From positions 1 to 31,824 of the forward strand of contig JBNJGH010000030.1 of assembly GCA_051747585.1 (NCBI GenBank): 31,824 nucleotides of DNA, read 5' to 3'. Each line of letters begins with the position of its first letter. The stretch's first letter is position 1. Shown one piece after another: positions 1-8,399 of the stretch. The translations under genes and the position numbers were made by a program. Below the pieces are notes generated by a model. The model was not told the origin of the DNA. It ran no database searches and saw nothing but the letters and a program-made list of their open reading frames with translations. This DNA comes from Candidatus Rifleibacteriota bacterium. Its GTDB lineage: Bacteria > Muiribacteriota > Ozemobacteria > Ozemobacterales > Ozemobacteraceae.

Positions 1-2
1 TC

Positions 3-101
3 AAAATAGAGTTGAAGCCCGAAAGCCGTGAAATGATAAAAACCTGGTTTCCAGACGCAGAAAAATATGTTTGTTCTGCTGCAATCACAGCCAGAAAATA
101 A
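3..101 (+). CDS. arsM: 3' end of a gene entering from the left edge, probably arsenite S-adenosylmethyltransferase
   Basis: Frame 3 reads KIELKPESREMIKTWFPDAEKYVCSAAITARK* (TAA at 99-101). This resembles the ArsM C-terminus as I recall it (I.PK.ESREFIKDW.P...E.YVVSA.I.A.K). Only 32 codons are visible. Confidence 0.55.
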   Translation, partial: KIELKPESREMIKTWFPDAEKYVCSAAITARK

Positions 102-162
102 ATTTTTTAACTTTGTCTTTTCAGTGGCTGTGGGGGTAGGACATTAACTGTCGTTTGTCGGT

Positions 163-239
163 ATCGGTATTTATTAAATTAAATTATCCTGTTTTCGTCA
201 TTCCGGCCGAATGAAATGAGAACCGGAATCCAGGGTCAG
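163..239 (+). repeat. Repeat family C copy 1 (CGTC-tagged REP-like palindrome with AT-rich flank)
   Basis: 77 bp containing CGTCATTCCGG...CCGGAATCCAGGGTCAG. It aligns ungapped to the reverse complement of 19106-19182. Confidence 0.85.
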
Positions 240-275
240 TTTAATAGCAGGGGATACAGAGGTCCGCCCCTAAGA

Positions 276-533
276 TTTTATTTCTTTTGTCAAATATCGA
301 ATTTTAACCACAGAGATCACCGAGGACACTGAGACGATTTTTTAATCTTTTTCAGCCGTGGATTGTCCTTTGGACAATTAGCCGGCGGTTTCACCGTCCG
401 GCTTTCCCTTCGTCAGCAAGCCTTCAGAAAAACACAGGTGTTTTTCTGAAGGCTTGCTGACGAAGGGAACAATGGCTGAAAAAGATTCTCTGTGCTTCTC
501 TGCGAGCTCTGTGGTTATTTTCTTTGTGGTTTG
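276..533. repeat. Repeat family A copy 1 (flanks on - strand, core on + strand)
   Basis: IRs AATCTTTTTCAGCC 344-357 / GGCTGAAAAAGATT 474-487 enclose a 116-bp core (358-473) with a perfect 32-bp stem (404-435/438-469). The flanks are reverse complements of the flanks of copies 2 and 3. Confidence 0.95.
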
Positions 534-540
534 CTTGATT

Positions 541-570
541 TTGACTTTTGTGCACTTGTTCTGTTAAACT
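541..570 (+). promoter_or_regulatory. Putative sigma70 promoter of fba
   Basis: TTGACT (541-546), 18-nt spacer, TGt-TAAACT extended -10 (565-570). Confidence 0.55.
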
Positions 571-598
571 TTCAAGGTCGTAAATTCAGCGCTATTAG

Positions 599-1573
<975 letters not shown>

Positions 1574-1585
1574 TTTTAAACCATT

Positions 1586-1647
1586 AAAAATTTGTGGGCT
1601 GTTTTTGCAGAATTAGTTGTGATTCTGTAAAAGCAGCCCCAATTTTT
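1586..1647 (+). terminator. Long imperfect hairpin, likely fba terminator
   Basis: GGGCTGTTTTTGCAGAAT ... ATTCTGTAAAAGCAGCCC pairs with G-U wobbles and is followed by AATTTTT, just after the fba stop. Confidence 0.6.
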
Positions 1648-1650
1648 AAG

Positions 1651-1842
1651 CAGTAATAATCCATTTAGTAATATCAGCGAGTTTCAATACATTTTTGTTT
1701 TTTTTAATGAAAATTTTTAGAATATCAAAGATTGCTTCGCTTTGCTCGCAATGACTGCCCCGTATTGTCATTGCGAGGAGCGTAGCGACGAAGCAATCTA
1801 AATGTCTTGAAACGGTTTATAAAAACAAATGGAGGATTACTG
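1651..1842 (+). repeat. Repeat family B copy 1 (nested inverted-repeat, MITE/REP-doublet-like)
   Basis: Outer IR CAGTAATAATCCATTT/AAATGGAGGATTACTG; second IR GTTTCAATACATTT/AAATGTCTTGAAAC; inner AGATTGCTTCG..CTCGCAATGAC-N11-GTCATTGCGAG..CGAAGCAATCT. Homologous to 9409-9626 and 29757-29962. Confidence 0.92.
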
Positions 1843-1859
1843 GTTTTTAAGTAATGATT

Positions 1860-1888
1860 TTGACAGCATTCTCTTGTGGTTGTACAAT
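1860..1888 (+). promoter_or_regulatory. Sigma70 promoter of the 1918 gene cluster
   Basis: TTGACA (1860-1865), 17 nt, TACAAT (1883-1888); near consensus. Confidence 0.75.
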
Positions 1889-1917
1889 AAACAGAACTTC
1901 AAAGCGAGAGGGTTTTT

Positions 1918-2460
1918 ATGCCCAATTTTTTAACAAAAAATTCAAGTTTGGTTTTGTTATCGGGATTTGTTTGCCTGGTTTTATTAATAACCGGTTGTGG
2001 CGGCGGTGGCGGAGATTCTGCAATTTCAACTTCGCCGGAAGAACTGGAAGTGCGCGAAAGTCTTGCCGCTTTGGCAGCAAATATTAGAAGCAAAGACCTG
2101 AGCGCTACCATGAACGGCTTTTATTCCAATCTTAAATATTATCCGGTTGATACGCAGGTTTTTGATGGGTATGAAGATTATATTTTTTTTAAGAACAGGC
2201 TTGATAATTTTTTTACCAAAGCTGTCTTAACCGAATTTACTATTGAAACTCTCGGAGTAAGTATTGGTATCGGCGGCGATATCGCTCAGTCACGAGCCAG
2301 TCTTCGCTGCAAATACACAGATAATGAAGGCGAAGATCATTTAATCGAAGAAAGAATTGAAATGTTGCTCGAAAAAGACAGCGAATGGGGCATTACAGAA
2401 ATATATGCCTATGATAGTTCTGCCGGACAGACCGGAATGCGTTTCCCCCCAGAAATTTGA
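1918..2460 (+). CDS. Putative lipoprotein, possible NTF2/SnoaL-like fold
   Basis: Hydrophobic signal with lipobox LITGC followed by a Gly linker. The C-terminal ...LEKDSEWGITEI pattern suggests an NTF2-like fold (inference). Confidence 0.7.
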   Translation: MPNFLTKNSSLVLLSGFVCLVLLITGCGGGGGDSAISTSPEELEVRESLAALAANIRSKDLSATMNGFYSNLKYYPVDTQVFDGYEDYIFFKNRLDNFFTKAVLTEFTIETLGVSIGIGGDIAQSRASLRCKYTDNEGEDHLIEERIEMLLEKDSEWGITEIYAYDSSAGQTGMRFPPEI

Positions 2461-2480
2461 AATGAAAAGAGGACTTTTTA

Positions 2481-3956
2481 ATGACTACCGGAATTAAAGT
2501 AACGAGTTCTAACCACTCTACCTGTCTTAACTTGGAGGTTTCTTCTCTTGAATGGCATAACTGGTTGCATGATAATTTTTCTCTTCTTTCTATCGCCAGT
2601 TCTGATGAGCGTGCGCTGGCCCTTTTTTCTTTTAAAACCGGAGAGGTGCTTTTTCAAGAATCAATGAAAGAGGAACAAATAAAAGATATTCTTTCCAGGA
2701 ATGTTCTTGCTCTAACAAACGCCTCAGATCAGCAAGAACTAGAGAATATGGTTTTTAAATTTGAAGCTTTCGATACCAGCGGTTATTTTTTCTCAGGAAT
2801 CCATTTTCACAGCCAGGGTGAGTATAAAAGAGCCCTGAATTGCTATGAAGAAGCATTAAAAATCAATTCGCAGCTTTACAGGACAATGAATCTGGCCGGC
2901 TTGTGTTATCGCCTTACAGACCAGCCTGAGAAAGCCGAAGAAAAGTATCTGGCTGCAATAAAGGCTCGCCCCGAAAGCCCCGAAGCTTTCAGTAATCTTG
3001 GAACTCTATACGCTAAACAGGGAAAAAACAAAGAAGCAGAAGAAAATTTTTTAAAAGCTCTCGAAATTGATAATTTTTATTTAAGTGCGTTGTTGAAGTT
3101 AGCCCGAATTTATCTCGATGCCGGCGATATTAAGAACCTGAAGCTTGGAGAAACCTGTCTCAAGTTGTCTCAGCTGTTCCCGGAAATAGCGGCAACAACC
3201 GAAATAATTGCCAAAGGTGCCGGGCTTGCCGATTCCAGTCCCGAAAGTTTTGTAGATGATCTAAAAGACAGTTTCCCGTTGTGGACTGATCAAAATTCGA
3301 TTCAGCTTATGAAAAATATCGAGCATTGCAGCTTGAATGGAGCTTTGTTCTATGCTTTAAGAGATATTAGAGAACTGTTGAATAGCGAAAAAAATAAAGA
3401 ATCTTTTAGCCAGATCAAAGACTGGTGTCATAAAAGGTTCGAGAGAATAGCCAATTATGCAAAAAACCTCGACCACGAGAACTTGAACTCTGCTGTTAAA
3501 AAAACAGAGGAACTTTTTTCAGGCACAAACCCAAAAGCGAAAGAAAACGATAACAAAAACGAGAACGATGAAGAAAGCCAAGACAGCAGTTTTGACCCAT
3601 TGGGAAGTCTGGAATTTTTTACCCATACTCTTTATGAAATTATGAGAGATGGGGAAATTACAGAAACCGAAAAGAAAATGGTAAAAAAACTCAAGGGTCT
3701 TTTGCGCGTTACTGATGACAAATACAAGGAGCTTGTTGCTAAAATTAAGTCTCAGGTTAAATCAAACCCATTACTTGATAAGGAAGAAAAAGGTTTTAAC
3801 CCCGAAAGATTTTATAAAAATCTTGTTCGCTCGGCTATCAGAGATAACGTTGTTGATGAGGGCGAGAAAAAAATTCTGGTTTTTGCCAGTAAAGCTTTTG
3901 GCTTGTCATCAGAAAAAGCTAATAAAATAATAGCTGAGGTAAAAAATGAACATTGA
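2481..3956 (+). CDS. TPR-repeat protein with C-terminal TerB-like domain
   Basis: TPR units (GEYKRALNCYEEALKINS, AFSNLGTLYAKQGKNKEAEENFLKALEID). The duplicated C-terminal motif RDGEITETEKK / RDNVVDEGEKK is typical of TerB-like folds. RBS GAGGA. Confidence 0.75.
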   Translation: MTTGIKVTSSNHSTCLNLEVSSLEWHNWLHDNFSLLSIASSDERALALFSFKTGEVLFQESMKEEQIKDILSRNVLALTNASDQQELENMVFKFEAFDTSGYFFSGIHFHSQGEYKRALNCYEEALKINSQLYRTMNLAGLCYRLTDQPEKAEEKYLAAIKARPESPEAFSNLGTLYAKQGKNKEAEENFLKALEIDNFYLSALLKLARIYLDAGDIKNLKLGETCLKLSQLFPEIAATTEIIAKGAGLADSSPESFVDDLKDSFPLWTDQNSIQLMKNIEHCSLNGALFYALRDIRELLNSEKNKESFSQIKDWCHKRFERIANYAKNLDHENLNSAVKKTEELFSGTNPKAKENDNKNENDEESQDSSFDPLGSLEFFTHTLYEIMRDGEITETEKKMVKKLKGLLRVTDDKYKELVAKIKSQVKSNPLLDKEEKGFNPERFYKNLVRSAIRDNVVDEGEKKILVFASKAFGLSSEKANKIIAEVKNEH

Positions 3957-4539
3957 AAAAGCTGAAGTAAAAATAGATAAAGCTGCAGATAAAGCCATGC
4001 AAATGGTCAGACAGTTTCTCCAGGAAGAAAAAATTAAATTCAACGATGTTGATAAAGATGCTGTCGAGTTATACATGCAGGCAAAAAACCTTACTATACA
4101 TCTGCTGATTTATACCAGCAACGGGCATTTGATTTTCAGGGTCCCCGGTTTCATAAGAAATGTTAATCTCAATCGTCTTGAAATTCTCATGTTGATTATG
4201 AAAATTATGAATGAAATTCTCGATATCAGGTATGAAATATCGCCCGATGGAAAGAGTTTGTCAGCTTGTTGCCATCACATTCTCGAAGACGGTGCCATAA
4301 CTAAATCTCAGTTTGATCTTGCTATGATGATTATTATCAGGCTTGTTGATGATACTTATCCTCAGTTTATGCAGATGATATATTCGGCTGACGGTGATTC
4401 TGTCGAATTTGCATCTGTAGATGAGAATCAACCGGTTTCTACTGATCAGGATTATATCGATGAAGAAGAATTGGTCGATTCAGATGAACAAGATTCTGAT
4501 GCTGAAGAAGATGAAGAAGAGAAACTCAAGATTAATTAA
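3946..4539 (+). CDS. YbjN / type III chaperone-like protein with acidic C-terminal tail
   Basis: About 150-aa alpha/beta domain with YbjN-like pattern (FLQEEKIKF..., IMNEILDIRYEISPDG, IRLVDDTYPQF) and a D/E-rich tail. Overlaps the upstream stop. Confidence 0.55.
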   Translation: MNIEKAEVKIDKAADKAMQMVRQFLQEEKIKFNDVDKDAVELYMQAKNLTIHLLIYTSNGHLIFRVPGFIRNVNLNRLEILMLIMKIMNEILDIRYEISPDGKSLSACCHHILEDGAITKSQFDLAMMIIIRLVDDTYPQFMQMIYSADGDSVEFASVDENQPVSTDQDYIDEEELVDSDEQDSDAEEDEEEKLKIN

Positions 4540-4562
4540 TTGTTTTAAAAGGAGCTTGTTAA

Positions 4563-5666
4563 ATGCCCTCTGTTAAACTTGTAAAACAAATAGCCCTGAT
4601 TAGTTTGTTCTTTATATATGCAACCCTTTGCCAGGCGGCTACCCCACAGATTCCAGAATGGTACCGGGTTGAAATCTCTCTCGACGCCGCTCCTCAGTTC
4701 AAAGAGAAGTTGCAGGCCAGAGTTAAGGTCACTTCAATTCTTGGAGATTTAAAAAATACAGTTGTAAGAATTATTTATCCTGAAGACTGGAAAACCACAA
4801 AAGAAAAGCAGAGTATACCTCTCATTAAAGCTGGTGAAAGTAAAACCCTCAGTTTTGAGTTGATTCCGACCACTTATTTGAGTCAGGGTTCTATTATTGC
4901 CGAAGCTCAGCTGAATGTGCCTTTCAAGGCAATTGAAAAGCAGATAAAACAGCAATTTGATGACCCTTCGCCAATGATAAGCGGCTTAAGAAACTGGCCT
5001 GAAACAGTCAAAGGCTATAGCGAGATATCCTTTGCTCTGCTTGAGAAAGAATCATTATATCCCCTCGATTCGCTTATCTGGAAAAATTATTATGAGCCGT
5101 TGGCTCCCGAAGATGGCTTTGCAGGGCCGGTTTTTTATGATGACACTGTTTTAACAACTTATCAGGCACAGACTGACGTTGAAATGTACGAAAAACTGAG
5201 TTCTTATTTAAAAGCGGATGAGCAGCTGAAAAATAAATTGCTCAATTCCGGCATAGATCTCAATAAAAAGAAGTTTCACCAGCTTAATGGTCTTTTTGTT
5301 CTGGCTACCCGAGCTTTTTTAAGCAATGATTCTAAGCAGGCCAAAATGTTGATAGGCCGTTTCGAACAGGAATCTGAAGAAATAGATGCGGAATTGATCG
5401 AGCATCTTAAAATTGCCGTTTTTAATCTGAAAGCTATTATTTTCTGGCAGGAAAATAATAAAAGACTTGCAGAAACCTATTTTAAAAAGGCATTTTATAC
5501 TAATCGAAAGCATCCTTTGCAACGCTATGTTTTAAGAAATATCGCTTTACTTATGATTGCCCGAGATGAAAATCGAACCGCAGAAAATATGATGCGACTC
5601 GCTTTAAAGTTTAATTCAGGCTACACGCTGCTGAAAAAGGAATATGCAAAGGTAAGCAATCCCTGA
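4563..5666 (+). CDS. Exported hypothetical protein, Ig-like N-terminus and TPR-like C-terminus
   Basis: Signal peptide ending CQA; beta-rich segment (IIYPEDW...LIKAGESKTLSFELIP); helical TPR-like end (AETYFKKAFYTN). RBS AGGAG. Confidence 0.65.
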   Translation: MPSVKLVKQIALISLFFIYATLCQAATPQIPEWYRVEISLDAAPQFKEKLQARVKVTSILGDLKNTVVRIIYPEDWKTTKEKQSIPLIKAGESKTLSFELIPTTYLSQGSIIAEAQLNVPFKAIEKQIKQQFDDPSPMISGLRNWPETVKGYSEISFALLEKESLYPLDSLIWKNYYEPLAPEDGFAGPVFYDDTVLTTYQAQTDVEMYEKLSSYLKADEQLKNKLLNSGIDLNKKKFHQLNGLFVLATRAFLSNDSKQAKMLIGRFEQESEEIDAELIEHLKIAVFNLKAIIFWQENNKRLAETYFKKAFYTNRKHPLQRYVLRNIALLMIARDENRTAENMMRLALKFNSGYTLLKKEYAKVSNP

Positions 5667-7988
5667 ATGGACCCAGTAAAAGAGTTTTTTAACGATTTGA
5701 GATCGCCGGATCCTTCGATTCGGTTTTCTGTGCTGTCAAGAATTGAAGATCTCGAATGGAACGAGCAGCAACGCCATGCTTTAAAAAGTCTTATTGCAAA
5801 AGAACAGGATCCCGGCATCAGATTTCACATGCTCAAGGTTCTGGCTCGTTTCGACCAAACCGAAGACAATAAGGCTACCGTTGAAGAGATAGAAGCTTTG
5901 TTAAAAGAGCCGGAAAAAGACGAAATAGCTCTTGCTTTAATGCTTGAATCGGTAAAAAGAAAAGATGCTCCAAAAGTAGTAAGCTGCCTTGAAAAAGTTA
6001 ACTGGCCCGAATTTTCCGACTACGTTTTGCCGTCTGTTTTAAAATTCCTGAAAAAATACGCCAACCAGTCAAGCGGACCGGTTATAGAGATGCTATGCTC
6101 TCACCCTGACCCGAGAGTATGCAGTTCTGCAATTGAAACCCTTGAAAAAATTGCACCCGATAGGCTTAAAAAGCATATTGTGCCTTTGCTGCTGAACAAA
6201 AATCTGGGCATAAGGTCTCGTGCGGTTAAACTGCTTCATAGATGGGATCCAAGTGAAGCTTTGCGCCATTTTGAGGCTATGCTGTTTTCTGAAGATAAGA
6301 ACGAAAAACAGGCAGCAATGTTTCAAGCTTACTTTTTCCCGTTCAATCAGATCGAGCATTTGATGCTGAGGTTTATTTCAGTCGAAAATGACGCTGATTT
6401 GATCAAAAAGGCCGGGCTTCTTTTTATGACCAATCCCGATGGTCGTATGCCGGCAAGGCTGCTCGAGGCTCGCCAGGCCAGCGGTGGCGAAAAATACAAG
6501 CTGATAGACAAGATTTTAAAGGGTGTTCTGATTTCTTTATATCAGGCAAAGATTGTTAAAGCTACACCAGAGCAGATGATAGAAGTCCTCGAAAATCATT
6601 TCAGAAAAAAAAGATTGAAGCTTTTTATCGAACGATACAGTCTTGGTTTAAAATCAGGTGCGCCTGAAACCCGTCTAAAGTCAGTGGCAAAACTTTGTGA
6701 TTTGGTTCGCTACGGTATTGAAGAGGCTTGCCCGATTGTGGAAGAGTATCTGGGCAAAGAAAAAGATGCTGAAATAAAAAGTCGTGCTCTCAAGTTGTTT
6801 TCAGCTTGTCAACCCGAAACCGTCGAAAAACAGGTTGCTCAGACAGAACAAAAAACTGAGCGTGAAATATTCGCCGAACTTTTAAATTCGGCTGATAAAG
6901 AAAGTTTTCCAGAGTTTATAAAGCTTGCCGAAAAATTTTACTCAGATCTTGAGTCTTCTGAAAAACTTCAAGTTTTGAAAATAATTGAAAGGTTGGGCAG
7001 TAAAAACGATTCTCGAATTCCTGAGCGATCTTTAAAAAGCGAAAATTCCGAAATTCTTGCCGGTGCAATTGATTGTCTGAGTGTTATTGAACCTGACAGT
7101 CTTACACCTTTTCTTCCCCAGCTGATAAAACACCGTTCTCCTGAAGTTAGAGAGGCGGCTATCAAAGTTTTTGCTCTTTTTGACAAGCAGCAGGCAATTG
7201 CTCTGGTTGAAAAAATGTTGTTCTCTGTTCAACCTATGCAAAGAAGACAGGCAATTCATTGTTGTACCCATTTTGACTTTCAGTCTGTGCGACATTTACT
7301 TGTAAGAGCTCTCAAGCTCGAGGGTGATCCGGAAAATCAACAGCAACTCTGTTTTTTACTCAGGTCAAATGCTGATGAAGAGCTTTTTTATCGCATCTAT
7401 TCAGATTGGAAGTCTTGCAAAACCACCAAACAGAAAGTTTATGAGCAATTATGTCATGAAATGGCTGATATTTTAGCTGAAGGCGAGGCTAAACTCAGTA
7501 AAGAAGTCTTATTTAAAAATGCGATCAGGAAACTTGAAGAAGAAGAAGAGATTAAGTCGCAAAGGCAGGCATATAAGCTCGAAAAAATTCAGGAAATTAG
7601 AAAAGATAATAATCAGTCATTTAAGATTGATGCTTCGTTAGCACGGTTTACCCTAATGGCCTATTTGATCGGTGCAATTGCAACTGCCGGAATCTGGTTT
7701 TTGTTTATTGCGCCTAGTCCTTCCTCGGGTGGAAAAAGCGAAGTGGGCGGTAAAAGCAAAAAAGTTCAGCTTAAAAATGCTGTGGTGATACGAGGAAATG
7801 TTATTGCAGTCAACAGCGAAAAGCGTGAAGTAACTATTGTGAATACGCTTGAGAATAATAAAAAATATATGATTAAAATCTCAGAAAATTATGGGGATTT
7901 GCCTGAAACAGGTGATGTTTTTAATGCTCAGGTAAAGCCTCTAGGGTTGGGGCCTGTTGTAAAGGCCGAGTTGCTTACTGTATTCTAG
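5667..7988 (+). CDS. HEAT-repeat protein with C-terminal transmembrane helix and small beta domain
   Basis: Repeated HEAT motifs (DLRSPDPSIRFSVL, LCSHPDPRVCSSAIETL, LIKHRSPEVREAAIK); TM segment LMAYLIGAIATAGIWFLFIA. Starts directly after the upstream stop (TGA-ATG). Confidence 0.8.
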   Translation: MDPVKEFFNDLRSPDPSIRFSVLSRIEDLEWNEQQRHALKSLIAKEQDPGIRFHMLKVLARFDQTEDNKATVEEIEALLKEPEKDEIALALMLESVKRKDAPKVVSCLEKVNWPEFSDYVLPSVLKFLKKYANQSSGPVIEMLCSHPDPRVCSSAIETLEKIAPDRLKKHIVPLLLNKNLGIRSRAVKLLHRWDPSEALRHFEAMLFSEDKNEKQAAMFQAYFFPFNQIEHLMLRFISVENDADLIKKAGLLFMTNPDGRMPARLLEARQASGGEKYKLIDKILKGVLISLYQAKIVKATPEQMIEVLENHFRKKRLKLFIERYSLGLKSGAPETRLKSVAKLCDLVRYGIEEACPIVEEYLGKEKDAEIKSRALKLFSACQPETVEKQVAQTEQKTEREIFAELLNSADKESFPEFIKLAEKFYSDLESSEKLQVLKIIERLGSKNDSRIPERSLKSENSEILAGAIDCLSVIEPDSLTPFLPQLIKHRSPEVREAAIKVFALFDKQQAIALVEKMLFSVQPMQRRQAIHCCTHFDFQSVRHLLVRALKLEGDPENQQQLCFLLRSNADEELFYRIYSDWKSCKTTKQKVYEQLCHEMADILAEGEAKLSKEVLFKNAIRKLEEEEEIKSQRQAYKLEKIQEIRKDNNQSFKIDASLARFTLMAYLIGAIATAGIWFLFIAPSPSSGGKSEVGGKSKKVQLKNAVVIRGNVIAVNSEKREVTIVNTLENNKKYMIKISENYGDLPETGDVFNAQVKPLGLGPVVKAELLTVF

Positions 7989-8019
7989 ATTGACAAGAGT
8001 CAATACTAAGAGGTATCAT
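7989..8019 (+). promoter_or_regulatory. Internal sigma70 promoter with palindrome over the -35
   Basis: TTGACA 7990-7995, 18 nt, TATCAT 8014-8019. The ATTGAC-N4-GTCAAT palindrome lies at 7989-8004. Confidence 0.55.
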
Positions 8020-8025
8020 TCGCCT

Positions 8026-8376
8026 ATGAGCAATTTCTCTCTGACAACTGATAAAAAAGACGACATTTATATAATACGCTCCAATGGTTACGTTGATGAC
8101 ATCGGCGGCGAAGTTCTTTTTGATGCCGTTCAAAAAGCGCTTCCCGAGGGTTATCAAAAATTTATACTAAATTTGAGTAAATCGCCGGTGATTAACTCGC
8201 AGGGAATTGCCCAGATAATTGAAATCAGCGAAATTATAGTTGATGAGAAAAGCGGTGATCTGGCGTTTGTGGGGTTGAGTGAGCTGACTATGGGAGTTTT
8301 TAAAATGGTTGGCCTGCTGCAGATGGGCAACCCTTATCCCGATGAAGAAGAAGCAATTAAAGACTTTTCCGACTAA
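8026..8376 (+). CDS. STAS-domain anti-sigma factor antagonist
   Basis: GYVD..GG, FILNLSKSPVINSQGIAQII (SpoIIAA-like D/N-S-x-G with phosphorylatable Ser), VFKMVGL. ATG 8026 is preferred over TTG 7990, which is the -35 box. Confidence 0.85.
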   Translation: MSNFSLTTDKKDDIYIIRSNGYVDDIGGEVLFDAVQKALPEGYQKFILNLSKSPVINSQGIAQIIEISEIIVDEKSGDLAFVGLSELTMGVFKMVGLLQMGNPYPDEEEAIKDFSD

Positions 8377-8399
8377 TATTTTTTTGCTTTAGCTTTCTA

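Noticed and set aside
344..487. Four-way junction of the family A core as a tRNA-like gene or a simple terminator
   Set aside because: It lacks D and T loop motifs and an anticodon arm. There is no U-tract after the long stem, and copy 3 lies between divergent genes where no terminator is needed.
1651..1842. Family B as integron attC sites
   Set aside because: There is no integrase, the flanking genes have their own promoters and mixed orientations, and I could not identify the R/L box architecture.
4440..4530. GAW-rich low-complexity stretch
   Set aside because: It encodes the acidic tail of the YbjN-like protein.
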